Origin: an uncultured Clostridia bacterium | Lineage (GTDB): Bacteria; Bacillota; Dehalobacteriia; UBA4068 | Reading direction: 5' to 3' | NCBI GenBank assembly: GCA_944390945.1 | Contig: CALXRV010000054.1 | Span: forward strand, 2,542-66,541 | Length of the DNA stretch: 64,000 nt | Shown here: positions 48,186 to 57,811 of the stretch, piece by piece | Layout: every line of letters starts with the position of its first letter | Numbering within the stretch: position 1 is the first letter of the stretch | The notes under the pieces: generated by a model | What the model was told of the DNA's origin: nothing | Databases searched by the model: none | The model's input: only the letters and a program-made list of their open reading frames with translations | Position numbers and translations under genes: made by a program

Positions 48186-49244
48186 TCATCCATTTTGCCG
48201 ATCAGGGTGCCGCTGTCGTGCGACATGGCATTTTCCCCGTAGCACGCCCAGATATTCCGCAGCGCTGAAAGCACCGAGTGTGGTCACGATCAACACCACC
48301 ACCGCCTGCGCTGTCGTCAGCACCGCCATCAATACAGCCGAAATCCCCATCAACAGGCTGACTACATAAATCGCCAGCACGGTCTGACGTTGAGAAAGTC
48401 CCAACGAAAGCAAACGCTGATGCAGATGCATCTTATCTGCCTCAAAAATTGGTTTACGCAGGAAGAGACGACGCACGATAGCACAGAACGTATCAAAGAC
48501 CGGAATGCCCAGGATCAGGAAAGGAATGAAAATAGAGATTACCGTCGCACCTTTTGACAATCCCATCAATGCCAGCGCCCCAAGGATGAATCCAAGGAAA
48601 AGCGCGCCACAATCGCCCATAAAGGTCTTGGCCGGATTAAAATTCCACGGCAAAAAGCCAAGTGCCGAAGCAGCCAGAATACCCGCCAGCGCTGCCGCGA
48701 CCGGCTCGGACTGCGAAAGGCAGACCACTGCAGTCGAAACCGCGGCAATCGCGGAAACACCGGAAGAAAGACCGTCCAGACCGTCAATCAGATTGACAGC
48801 ATTCGAAATCCCAGTCAGCCAGATCACGGTAATCGGCACGGAAAGCAATCCCAGGGAAAGCATGCTGCCATCAAAAGGATTGGTGATAAAGCGTACCGTA
48901 AAGCCGGCCCAGACCAGAATCAAAGAAGCGATCACCTGGCCAAGCAGCTTCAGCTTCGGTGAAATATCTTTGACATCATCAATCAGCCCGGTAAAGAAAA
49001 CAACGCTGCCGGCCACCAGTACCGCCGCCACCTGCCGCGTATATTCGGCAAGCAACAATGTGCCGACCACAAAGCCGGCATAGATCGCCAGCCCGCCAAT
49101 GCGCGGTGTCGGCTTACTGTGCACTTTACGGTGATTGGGAATATCCACGATATGAAATCGCAGCGCCAACCGGATGGCAAGCGGTGTGACTGCCAGCGCG
49201 ATGAAGAATGCGGCGAAGATCGCCGGCCAAGTATGCATAGGCAC
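48186..49244 (-). CDS. tagO: undecaprenyl-phosphate GlcNAc-1-P transferase (TagO/WecA)
   Basis: RKVH..PTPRIGG, GLIDD, NAVNLIDGLDGL, FMGDCG, ADKMHLH. Confidence 0.9.
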   Translation of the reverse strand: MPMHTWPAIFAAFFIALAVTPLAIRLALRFHIVDIPNHRKVHSKPTPRIGGLAIYAGFVVGTLLLAEYTRQVAAVLVAGSVVFFTGLIDDVKDISPKLKLLGQVIASLILVWAGFTVRFITNPFDGSMLSLGLLSVPITVIWLTGISNAVNLIDGLDGLSSGVSAIAAVSTAVVCLSQSEPVAAALAGILAASALGFLPWNFNPAKTFMGDCGALFLGFILGALALMGLSKGATVISIFIPFLILGIPVFDTFCAIVRRLFLRKPIFEADKMHLHQRLLSLGLSQRQTVLAIYVVSLLMGISAVLMAVLTTAQAVVVLIVTTLGAFSAAEYLGVLRGKCHVARQRHPDRQNG

Positions 49245-49375
49245 CCCTCATGAATGGTTTTCGATCAAACCGAAGTACTCCATCCTATCTTAGCTATTTT
49301 CTCATTTTTCCCTGCCGCTTGTCAACTTCTTTTCGCAGCATCCCGAGAAACTTCAGAAAAATTTCAGCTTCCCTA

Positions 49376-50905
49376 TCATTTACGGCGCAGTTCCCCCAGG
49401 ATATCAATAAGTGCGCTGCAACGGCAAAGCCGCAGCGCAAGAAAATAAACGCCGGCCGCCAAGGCAATTAACAGCAAAATTTGTAAAAGCAACCCGGCCT
49501 TTCCCACAGCGGCTGAAAACAGCGGCAACTGGCTGGCAATCACCAGCACAAGCAACATGGCAACAGCAGCGGCGGCGATCAATAACAGATCGCGGTACAG
49601 ATCACGGCCCAAATATGGCAAACGCCTTGCAAGCGCCCATGCCATCAGCAAGGCATTGGCAGCTGCCGCCGCACTGTTGGCCCAGGCCAGCGCAATATGC
49701 CCACCCGATTCCACAAAAATCAGGCTAACCAACAAGTTAACCAGAATCGAAATTCCCCCGGTCCACAGCGGCGTCTTTACATCCCCAATGGCATAGAAAA
49801 CACGGATCAAAAGCATGGATATCGCAAGAAAGGGCAGGCCGGGGCACATGGCAAACAAGGCCTCTGCGGTAACGACAGTCGCTTCTGCCGTAAAGCTGCC
49901 ACGCTCAAACAACAAGTGGATAATCGGCTTGTCAAGCAACATTAAGCCGAGTGCGGATGGCACAACAAGCAACATACACATGGCCAGCCCACGCGAAACC
50001 GCCCGTGCCAACCGCTCGCGCGCCGCATCCTGCGCCAAATCCGCTAAAGCCGGAAAAAAAGCGGTAATGATCGCCGCCACAAATAGCCCCAACGGTAAAT
50101 TCATCAATTTATTGGCATAATTGAGTGCTGAAATGCTGCCTGCATCCAGCGAAGAAGCGAAAATGCGATTAAGCACCGTATAGAGCTGGTTAACAGAAAG
50201 CCCCAGCAAAATCGGCACCACATCCCGTAGCACGCGCCGGACAGCAGGATGTTTCGCATCCAGTACCAGCCGGTAGCGAAAGCCGCTCTTTGCCAGATCC
50301 CCCGCCTGCAACAGCCAGGAGCCAACAAACCCCAACAAAGTACCAAGCGCAACCAGATAAATATTTCCATCTGCCAACCAAGCGGAAACAATCACTCCCA
50401 GCGCGGCAATACCCGGTGCCAAGGCAGCGGCAGCAAAACGGTATCTGCTGTTGAGAATGCCGGAGATCACCAGCCCGACCGACATGAAAAAGAGAGACGG
50501 AATCATCACGCGCGTCAGTCTTATGGCGAGCTCTGCCGTTTCCACCGCAAGCCCGGGCGCGGTTAAGCGCACCAGCACCGGCGCAGCAGCCACACCGATC
50601 AACGAAAGCAGCAACATCGCCGCACCGACAATATTGATCAGCGAACTGCCCAGCCGATTAGCCTCCGCCCTGCTTTCCTCTGCATCCCACAGCCCGGAAA
50701 ATACCGGCAAAACAGCGGAAACAAACGCATAACCCAGAATGGTTTGCAAAAAATATGGCACCGTATAGGCAACCAGGTAGGCATCGGAAGCAGAAGATGC
50801 GCCAAACCCATCGGCAATGGCCATTTCACGGACAAAGCCAAGCAGCTTGACGCATATATTGATCATCAGCAGCAACCCCGCTGCCTTGGCGATATTCTTC
50901 CCCAT
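49376..50905 (-). CDS. murJ: lipid II flippase MurJ/MviN
   Basis: KLLGFVRE, DAYLVAYTVP, LNYANKLMNLP, LFERGSF, FYAIGDVKTP. Confidence 0.93.
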   Translation of the reverse strand: MGKNIAKAAGLLLMINICVKLLGFVREMAIADGFGASSASDAYLVAYTVPYFLQTILGYAFVSAVLPVFSGLWDAEESRAEANRLGSSLINIVGAAMLLLSLIGVAAAPVLVRLTAPGLAVETAELAIRLTRVMIPSLFFMSVGLVISGILNSRYRFAAAALAPGIAALGVIVSAWLADGNIYLVALGTLLGFVGSWLLQAGDLAKSGFRYRLVLDAKHPAVRRVLRDVVPILLGLSVNQLYTVLNRIFASSLDAGSISALNYANKLMNLPLGLFVAAIITAFFPALADLAQDAARERLARAVSRGLAMCMLLVVPSALGLMLLDKPIIHLLFERGSFTAEATVVTAEALFAMCPGLPFLAISMLLIRVFYAIGDVKTPLWTGGISILVNLLVSLIFVESGGHIALAWANSAAAAANALLMAWALARRLPYLGRDLYRDLLLIAAAAVAMLLVLVIASQLPLFSAAVGKAGLLLQILLLIALAAGVYFLALRLCRCSALIDILGELRRK

Positions 50906-50921
50906 AATCCCTCAACGAACG

Positions 50922-51686
50922 TTAATTGCCGTCGTAATCATAAACCTCCAAATCAGCTGGCGGCAGAACATCTTCATCCGTCACCGTATTGATACTGATA
51001 TTCTTATATTTTGTCGTCAAGCGGTCTCCCAGGCTGTCCGTATATTCCGTCTGCAGCGGAAAACCGTATTTTGTGCTCACCCAGACCAGGTCTCCGTTCG
51101 GCGCCTCCAGGATCAGGCAATACTGATGATCAATCTCCTCCCCGCCAAGCAGCGTATAGGCTGAATAATCATTCATCACCGGATTATCCGGCGCATCCGG
51201 ACTGGTCTTGTCAAAAGTATACATTTCCGCGGGCTCATCAGAACCAGGCTGGTGTGAAATCACCGTGCCAGTCTCGTAGTCATAGAATTCCTCCGCCATG
51301 CCATACCCGCCCTGGCTGGAAAAAAGGCGCATATTCTCGTCTTTATACCATACCTGCAAAAAGACATGCCCATTCGGGTAGGCGACCGTTTGTTCAAAAT
51401 AGAACGAAGATATCTTTGCCTGCGCAGCGATCAGGTCTTCTACCGTTGTCGCCTCGCCTTTATCTTCAAACTCGACGCCAGATTCCTCCTGCGCCGTCTC
51501 CTCTTCCTCTTCTGGCAGCTCCTCGTCAGTTGCAGGCTGATTGATGCCCTCTTCAATGATGATGGGCTGACGATCATCTGTCTCATTTGGCACTTCTGGT
51601 GTATCATCGCAAGAGGCGGCCAACAGGCTGAAAAGAACCGCTGTCAACAGCAGAAGCATCCTTCGCATCTGGTATATTGCGTTCAT
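50922..51686 (-). CDS. lipoprotein with acidic linker and LolA/DUF4412-like beta domain
   Basis: Lipobox LAAS-C; GGEEID...C.ILE...VWVS..YGFPL and final PP pattern. Confidence 0.7.
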   Translation of the reverse strand: MNAIYQMRRMLLLLTAVLFSLLAASCDDTPEVPNETDDRQPIIIEEGINQPATDEELPEEEEETAQEESGVEFEDKGEATTVEDLIAAQAKISSFYFEQTVAYPNGHVFLQVWYKDENMRLFSSQGGYGMAEEFYDYETGTVISHQPGSDEPAEMYTFDKTSPDAPDNPVMNDYSAYTLLGGEEIDHQYCLILEAPNGDLVWVSTKYGFPLQTEYTDSLGDRLTTKYKNISINTVTDEDVLPPADLEVYDYDGN

Positions 51687-51867
51687 GCTTTTTCCCTTTT
51701 GTTCTGCATATCCGCAGAACGCCATCCCTCCAGCAGCCGTCGCCGGCTGCATCACATCATCTGCTTATTCGCAAATTATATCATGCCTTGTCTGAAAATA
51801 CAATGGATTTGACGTCCTAGCAGCGAAATTTGTTCCCGAATCTACCACCGTACTTCCAGCAGGGGAA

Positions 51868-52788
51868 TCAATGATCCCGCTCGGCCAGCAATGCGGGGAA
51901 TTGCCGCAGCATAGCCGCACTCCCGCCAAAAATATCCAGGCTGCAACGCGCTGCTTCCGCTTCCTGCGCCGCGCGCTGCCGCGCCGCCTCGCAGCCATAT
52001 AATGTGACAAAGGTGATCAGCTCGCGCGCCTCATCGCTACCCACTGGTTTACCCAGCTTTGCGGTATCCCCTTCCACATCTAACACATCATCGATGATCT
52101 GGAAACCAAGCCCGAGATGCTTGGCATATTCTCGCAAAGCGGCGATCTCTTCCTGCGCAGCACCGCAAAGATGCGCAGCAGAAACAACAGCTGCAGCAAA
52201 CAGCGCGCTTGTCTTCCCCTGATAGATATAGGTCAGCAGACCTTCGTCCACCTCACTTTGCAGCGATACTATCTCCGCCGCCTGGCCGGCGACCATGCCG
52301 CCAATTCCTGCCTGCCAGGCCACCTCACGTGCAGCCGCCATCTGATCCGCTGGCGCAGCCCCTGCCATGGGCTGTAGCATCAGGGCAAACGCATGCGTGA
52401 GCAACGCGTCTCCGGCCAAGATCGCCAAAGCCTCACCATAGCGAACATGACAGGTTGGCTGGCCCCGCCGCAGATCATCGTCATCCATGGCCGGCAGATC
52501 ATCATGGATCAACGAATAGGTATGGATCATCTCCAATGCAGCGGCAAAAGGCAAAAAGGGCGTCCGCTCCCGTCCAAACGCCTCCAGCGCGGCAAAAAAC
52601 AGGGCCGGCCGCAATCGCTTGCCACCGGCAAAAAGACTGTAGCGCATGGCAAAATACAGTTCCCGCTCCGGCGCCAACCGCGGTAGGGGCAACAGCTGAT
52701 CAAGCGCGCGCTCCACATCGCGTGCAGCTGTTTTCAAATAATGAACGACCCCGGTGCAGTCTGTACTATTCGGACCAGCCCCGCTCAT
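51868..52788 (-). CDS. ispA: farnesyl-diphosphate synthase / polyprenyl synthetase
   Basis: GGKRLRP, SLIHDDLPAMDDDDLRRG, GDALL, FQIIDDVLD. Confidence 0.95.
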   Translation of the reverse strand: MSGAGPNSTDCTGVVHYLKTAARDVERALDQLLPLPRLAPERELYFAMRYSLFAGGKRLRPALFFAALEAFGRERTPFLPFAAALEMIHTYSLIHDDLPAMDDDDLRRGQPTCHVRYGEALAILAGDALLTHAFALMLQPMAGAAPADQMAAAREVAWQAGIGGMVAGQAAEIVSLQSEVDEGLLTYIYQGKTSALFAAAVVSAAHLCGAAQEEIAALREYAKHLGLGFQIIDDVLDVEGDTAKLGKPVGSDEARELITFVTLYGCEAARQRAAQEAEAARCSLDIFGGSAAMLRQFPALLAERDH

Positions 52789-53066
52789 ATCTGCTCCTCC
52801 CCACCTTCGTTTTCCATTTCCTGTTCCTTCTCCTCTTCTTTCTCCTCTTCTTTCTCCTGTCCTTTATCCCTTTTTTTGGCCTCGCCATTCAACTGCTTTT
52901 CTGCAGCGCGCAGCCTGTCATCACAGCTGCGCACAAGCGCCCGGCCTGCCTGATAATGGGTCAGCATGTCTTCCAAAGACAGATCGCCCCGTTCCAGCGT
53001 CTCCACAGTTTCGATCAGTTCGCCCAACATATCTTCAAAACTGCGCTTATCTTTTGCCTTTGCCAT
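52785..53066 (-). CDS. xseB: exodeoxyribonuclease VII small subunit
   Basis: SFED...L...V..LE.G.LSLE....Y..G....C...L..AE; lies between xseA and ispA. Confidence 0.93.
   Translation of the reverse strand: MAKAKDKRSFEDMLGELIETVETLERGDLSLEDMLTHYQAGRALVRSCDDRLRAAEKQLNGEAKKRDKGQEKEEEKEEEKEQEMENEGGEEQI
52828..52858. repeat. 12-bp tandem repeat (about 2.6 copies) in the xseB tail
   Basis: TTCTCCTCTTCT units encoding EKEE repeats. Confidence 0.8.
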
Positions 53067-54288
53067 ATTCATCCTCCTCGTTTTCCACAGTCAGAACCCG
53101 GGCCGTAAACCTGCCGCTGGCCAACTGCACGCAAACTTCATCCCCTGCTGCAAGTCGTGCCGCCTCCTGCAGCGGCCTGCCGTCAGCCGCGCTGACGATC
53201 GCATAGCCGCGTGACAATACCGCCAGCGGATTGAGCGCAGTCAGGAGCAGCGCCATATTCACTACCGCCCGCTCACATTCCGCATAGATCAGCTCCGCTG
53301 CCTGCTGCAGACGCTCTTCTGCCGCCGCCAGCTGCAAGCGCCGCGCTGCGGTCAACATCTCCGGATGACGGAAACAAGCCGCGCCAGCCAGAGCATCCAG
53401 CTGTCTGCGCCAGAAGGCGAGGCGGCGTGCGGCCGCATTATCCAACCGCTGTTGCAGAGCCGCCAATTCTTCCTGCAGCAGGGCAGCGTCCGGCACTGCC
53501 AACATTGCAGCATGCGTCGGCGTGGCGGCGCGCACATCCGCTGCCAGATCTGCCAAAGTAAAATCACTTTCATGCCCCACGGCCGAGATCAGCGGTGTCG
53601 TCGTTGCCGCCACGGCTCGTGCTACCTGCTCGCTGTTAAAGGCGGCCAGATCCTCTTCCGCACCGCCGCCCCTGCCGCAGATCAATACCGCATGTCCGCC
53701 CTGATCCGCCGCCATAAGCGCTGTAACGATCGATTCCGGCGCACCATCGCCCTGCACCAAGGCAGGGTATAAGGTCAAGCGTACGCATGGACAGCGCCCC
53801 TTTGTGATGCGGCGAATATCCGCCCAGGCGGCGCTACCTGCCGCCGTTACCACGCCAATATCCAGCGCATAGCGTGGTAGCGGCTGTTTACGCTCCACAT
53901 CAAACAGGCCTTCTGCCTCCAGACGCCGCCGTAGTTCATCCAGACCCCGCGCCTGTGCACCTTCGCCAGCCGGCAGCAAAGCCTCAGCATAAAGCTGACA
54001 GGAGCCGTCGCGCTCATAAAAGCCGATACTGCCGACGGCAACCACCTGATCTCCATCACGCGGCGTCCAGCGCAGTCCGGACGCATGGCGCCGGAACATC
54101 ACCACCCGAATGCCACAAGCCCCCTCACGCAGCGTCAAATAAATATGCCCGGAAGCATGTGCCTTAAAACCGACGATTTCGCCCTGGACTGCGACCGCAT
54201 GCAAAAACTCATCTTCTGCCAGATATTCTTTCAAATAATAGTTAATCTCTTCCACGCCATAGGCGCGGGGATATACGCTCTCCGCCAT
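53047..54288 (-). CDS. xseA: exodeoxyribonuclease VII large subunit
   Basis: SGHIYLTL, LEAEGLFD, RGGG..EDL..FN, SAVGHE.D, RAATPT. Confidence 0.96.
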   Translation of the reverse strand: MAESVYPRAYGVEEINYYLKEYLAEDEFLHAVAVQGEIVGFKAHASGHIYLTLREGACGIRVVMFRRHASGLRWTPRDGDQVVAVGSIGFYERDGSCQLYAEALLPAGEGAQARGLDELRRRLEAEGLFDVERKQPLPRYALDIGVVTAAGSAAWADIRRITKGRCPCVRLTLYPALVQGDGAPESIVTALMAADQGGHAVLICGRGGGAEEDLAAFNSEQVARAVAATTTPLISAVGHESDFTLADLAADVRAATPTHAAMLAVPDAALLQEELAALQQRLDNAAARRLAFWRRQLDALAGAACFRHPEMLTAARRLQLAAAEERLQQAAELIYAECERAVVNMALLLTALNPLAVLSRGYAIVSAADGRPLQEAARLAAGDEVCVQLASGRFTARVLTVENEEDEYGKGKR

Positions 54289-54304
54289 GGGCTCCCCTTT
54301 CCGC

Positions 54305-55099
54305 TTACAGATGGCGTAACCAGGACAAGCGCGCCAACAGAATATGGTAATCATCCAACTGCACTGGGTCTGTCACCGCCCTGCCGGACTGGAAATAATG
54401 CACGGTTCCGACACCTGCATCACCAGCGGACAGCCCCAATGTATGGAAAACATGATTTATGGTGCCGCGGCAACCATCAACAAATTGTATCCCGGCCGGC
54501 AACAACGCTGCCAAAGAATCCTTAAAATAATTAAAATGTGTACAGCCCAACACCACTGCACCATAATTCGCAAGCGTGAACGGCGCAAGCGCCTGTTGCA
54601 GATAATCCTGAACTGCAGGACCGTCAAATTCACGGCGCTCGGCAAATGCGACCAGCCCGGGCAAAGGCAACAGGTCGGCGCAATGCGCCGGATCGACCGC
54701 ATCCAGCAAATGATGCAGCTTCTGCTCACGCAGCGTCAGCGGCGTAGCCAACACGAGCACACGACGTCCGGCAGTCTCAGCCAGGGCCGGCTTGACCGCC
54801 GGCTCCATCCCAAAGATTGGCGCAGAAAACTGTTCGCGCAGAAAATCGATCGCAGCCGCAGTCGCCGTATTGCAAGCGACAACCACCGCATCCGCGCCTG
54901 CGGCCAAAAGAAAAGATACCGCCGAGCCGGCATAGTCAATAAGTGCTGCGCGTGATTTTTGCCCATAAGGCACATGATCCGTATCCGCATAATATAAGAA
55001 TTCCACCTCCGGCCGGCGGGAAAGCGCTTCTTCCAACACGCTCAGCCCACCAATGCCGGAATCGAAAAAAGCGATCCTCACTGCATTTCCCTTCTTCAA
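54305..55099 (-). CDS. murI: glutamate racemase
   Basis: FDSGIGGLSV, HVPYG, VACNTAT, VLGCTHF. Confidence 0.96.
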   Translation of the reverse strand: MKKGNAVRIAFFDSGIGGLSVLEEALSRRPEVEFLYYADTDHVPYGQKSRAALIDYAGSAVSFLLAAGADAVVVACNTATAAAIDFLREQFSAPIFGMEPAVKPALAETAGRRVLVLATPLTLREQKLHHLLDAVDPAHCADLLPLPGLVAFAERREFDGPAVQDYLQQALAPFTLANYGAVVLGCTHFNYFKDSLAALLPAGIQFVDGCRGTINHVFHTLGLSAGDAGVGTVHYFQSGRAVTDPVQLDDYHILLARLSWLRHL

Positions 55100-55216
55100 T
55101 CCATAGTCCTTGATTCAATTCACCAAAACAAACGGATATCCTGCCCTGTTCCCCCATATACATTAAACGGTATTCCCCGGCATAAATCCATAACGAATTC
55201 CACAGAATGTCTGGTC

Positions 55217-55269
55217 TTGCCAAAATTACATTCCTATGATAAAATAATTATAAGAATTTTTAGAATATA
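55217..55269 (+). promoter_or_regulatory. SigA promoter with downstream CodY-like box
   Basis: TTGCCA-N17-TAAAAT with extended TG; AATTTTTAGAATATA at 55255-55269 (3 mismatches to the CodY consensus). Confidence 0.6.
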
Positions 55270-55286
55270 CAGAAGGAGGGAGACCA

Positions 55287-55823
55287 ATGGCAAAACGCAT
55301 CCTATTATTGCAGGGCAGTCCTCGTCCGGACGGCAACAGCGCAGACCTGGCACATATGTTTAAATTCGGCGCTGAAGACGCCGGCCATATCGTTTCCATG
55401 CCGGAGATCAACGGCAAAAATATCAGCGGCTGCCTCTCCTGCAACAAATGCCGCAACAATGGTGGATTTTGCGTAATTCATGACTACATGTATCGCCTCT
55501 ATGAAGAATTTGCGCGCGCAGAAGCCATCGTGATGGTCACGCCAATCTATTTCTTCGCGCTACCGGCCCAGATCAAGGCGATTCTCGACCGCTGCTATTG
55601 TTATGGCCCGGATTATCCGCTGAAAAAACTTGTGCTCATCCTCACCTCCAATGATGAAGATGCGGATGTTTTTTCACCTATGATTGATTACTACAATCAT
55701 CTTGTTAAATATTTCGGCTGGGATCCGGCTGGCATGCTGCTCGTCAACAATCTGAAGGGAAAGGGCGATGTCAAACTGCGCCCAGAATTCCAGCAAGCCT
55801 ATCTGATGGGCCAACATATCTAA
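55287..55823 (+). CDS. iron-sulfur flavoprotein / flavodoxin family protein
   Basis: GSPRPDGNS, CLSCNKC....FC, TPIYF, IKAILDR. Confidence 0.92.
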   Translation: MAKRILLLQGSPRPDGNSADLAHMFKFGAEDAGHIVSMPEINGKNISGCLSCNKCRNNGGFCVIHDYMYRLYEEFARAEAIVMVTPIYFFALPAQIKAILDRCYCYGPDYPLKKLVLILTSNDEDADVFSPMIDYYNHLVKYFGWDPAGMLLVNNLKGKGDVKLRPEFQQAYLMGQHI

Positions 55824-56049
55824 GGATGATAAAAGGCAAAGGGGTAAAACAATAAAGTGCCAGCGGAGCTTCTGCTCCGCTGGTCTTATTGATGCACGAA
55901 AACAGCCTGCTGGCCTCATATGAAAGCGGAGCAGCAGAAAACCAGCACTGCCCAAAACCCCATAAAATCGGCTAATCAAACGGAAATCTGGATAAAAAAT
56001 GGTTCTGCGCCGTCCGGTTTGGAGATTTTCCCTCTTTCTGTCACAGCGT

Positions 56050-56077
56050 TCTAAATACCGCCTTGTCCCCATAAAAT
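56050..56077 (+). promoter_or_regulatory. SigE-like promoter of the spoIIIA operon
   Basis: TCTAAAT...CATAAAAT; spoIIIA is SigE-dependent in studied spore formers. Confidence 0.55.
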
Positions 56078-56107
56078 GGAAACATCATTGGGAAAGGCGG
56101 TATTTTT

Positions 56108-57070
56108 ATGTGCGATACAGCCTATCAACAAATCTTCCCCTATCTGCCGCAATCCCTGCGCAACCTGTTGGAAGCGTTGCCGCCGGAACAACTGCGCGGC
56201 CTGGAAGAGATCCGGCTGAAACCCGGGCTGCCTGTATTGCTACGGTTTGATGAAAGCGAAGCTCTGCTCACCTCAGCAGGCAACCTCACTTCGGACCAGA
56301 CGGCTGAGGGGCTGCGCCTGCTCAGCCCAGACGAAATGCGGCGTACCGTGCTGCTGCTGGCAGATTCTTCCCTGTATGCCTTTGAGGAGGAGCTGCGCCG
56401 GGGATATATCACGCTCAATGGCGGACATCGTGCTGGTTTGACCGGCCGCGCCGTATTGGCCCAGGGGGCAATCCGGACGATTAAGGAGATTTCCGGCATC
56501 AATATCCGCATCGCACGCCATATTGCTGGCGTTGCCCTGCCACTGCTACCCTGTCTGGTTGATGCCCAGGCAAGGCTGTTGCCCACCCTGATCATCTCTC
56601 CACCACGCGCCGGCAAAACGACGATGCTGCGCGATCTGGCACGCCTGCTTTCCGATGGCGTCGGCATCCCGCCGCTGCGTGTGGGGTTGGTGGATGAGCG
56701 TTCCGAGCTGGCCGCAATGCGCAATGGCATCGCGCAATTACCAGTTGGTCTGCGTACGGATGTGATGGACGGCTGCCCCAAAGCAGAAGGCATGCTGCTC
56801 CTGCTGCGCTCGATGAGTCCGGATGTGCTGATCACGGATGAGATCGGTCGCAGCGAGGATGCGACCGCACTGCGAGAAGCAGCGCATGCCGGCGTCGCGG
56901 TGATCGCCAGTGCGCATGGCTGTGATGAAGCGGAAATTCGTTTGCGTCCCGTGCTTGCCGGTCTACTGGCGGAAAACGCCTTCCGCCGCATCGTCATCCT
57001 TTCCCGCCGGCATGGTCCAGGGACGATCGAACGCGTCTATGCGCCCGGCGGAGAGGGGGACATCGCATGA
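56108..57070 (+). CDS. spoIIIAA: stage III sporulation ATPase AA
   Basis: LEEIRL, GYITL.GGHR.G, SPPRAGKTT, VDERSE, RSMSPDVLITDEIG. Confidence 0.96.
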   Translation: MCDTAYQQIFPYLPQSLRNLLEALPPEQLRGLEEIRLKPGLPVLLRFDESEALLTSAGNLTSDQTAEGLRLLSPDEMRRTVLLLADSSLYAFEEELRRGYITLNGGHRAGLTGRAVLAQGAIRTIKEISGINIRIARHIAGVALPLLPCLVDAQARLLPTLIISPPRAGKTTMLRDLARLLSDGVGIPPLRVGLVDERSELAAMRNGIAQLPVGLRTDVMDGCPKAEGMLLLLRSMSPDVLITDEIGRSEDATALREAAHAGVAVIASAHGCDEAEIRLRPVLAGLLAENAFRRIVILSRRHGPGTIERVYAPGGEGDIA

Positions 57071-57576
57071 TCGTACTGACCGGTGGCCTGCTCATCCTCA
57101 TCGCCTGCGTCGGTGCAGGGCGCTATGCCGCCGCCTTGTTACGGGAACGCTGCCGGCGCCTGCTTGATGCGGATGCCGGCCTGCTCGCTCTTTCGCGTGA
57201 GACCGGCTATTTGGCCGTGCCGCTTGCCGACGGGCTGGCTACCGCCGCGCAGGAGGCAGGACGAGCTGCAGCGCTGTTTCAAACCGCACAGGATACGCTG
57301 CGCCGCGGTGATGGCATCAGCGGTGGTGAAGCATGGATGTATGCGCTGCAACAGACCGCGCAACTCTGGACAGACAACGAAGCCGCAGCCCTCTCAGCTG
57401 TTGCCGCCGGGCTAGGCGCTGCGGATGCGGAAACACAGAAAAAACATCTCGTGCTGGCACGACAACGGCTAGCTGGCTGTTACCGTGTCGCTGCGGATGC
57501 CGAAGCGCGCTACGGCAAGCTATGGCGCAGCATGGGCTGGGCCGGCGGTGCGGTATTGATTTTGTTGCTGATCTGA
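57067..57576 (+). CDS. spoIIIAB: stage III sporulation protein AB
   Basis: Position and size; LG..D...Q and YGKLWRSMG. Confidence 0.88.
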   Translation: MIVLTGGLLILIACVGAGRYAAALLRERCRRLLDADAGLLALSRETGYLAVPLADGLATAAQEAGRAAALFQTAQDTLRRGDGISGGEAWMYALQQTAQLWTDNEAAALSAVAAGLGAADAETQKKHLVLARQRLAGCYRVAADAEARYGKLWRSMGWAGGAVLILLLI

Positions 57577-57599
57577 GCGCATAGCGGAGGGAGGAGCTT

Positions 57600-57803
57600 A
57601 TGGACGACGTTTCGATCATCTTCTTTCTGATGGCGCTGGCCATTGCCGTGACCATCCTGCATACCTTTCTCAAACAAGCGGGCCGCGATGAATTCGCTTA
57701 TTTGGCGCTCGTCGCCGGACTGGCAGTGGCGCTCGTCCGCGTGCTGCCGGTGCTGCAGCAACTCTTTGACGGCGTGCAGGCGGTGTTCAGCCTTTATGAT
57801 TGA
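57600..57803 (+). CDS. spoIIIAC: stage III sporulation protein AC
   Basis: 67 aa; LHTFLKQAGRDE...LF..V..VF.L. Confidence 0.93.
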   Translation: MDDVSIIFFLMALAIAVTILHTFLKQAGRDEFAYLALVAGLAVALVRVLPVLQQLFDGVQAVFSLYD

Positions 57804-57811
57804 GCGCGCTT

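Noticed and set aside
55229-55257. dif-like sequence at the gene-orientation switch
   Set aside because: Only TTCCTA matches the recalled Bacillus dif; the XerD arm and spacing do not fit, and the site is explained by a promoter.
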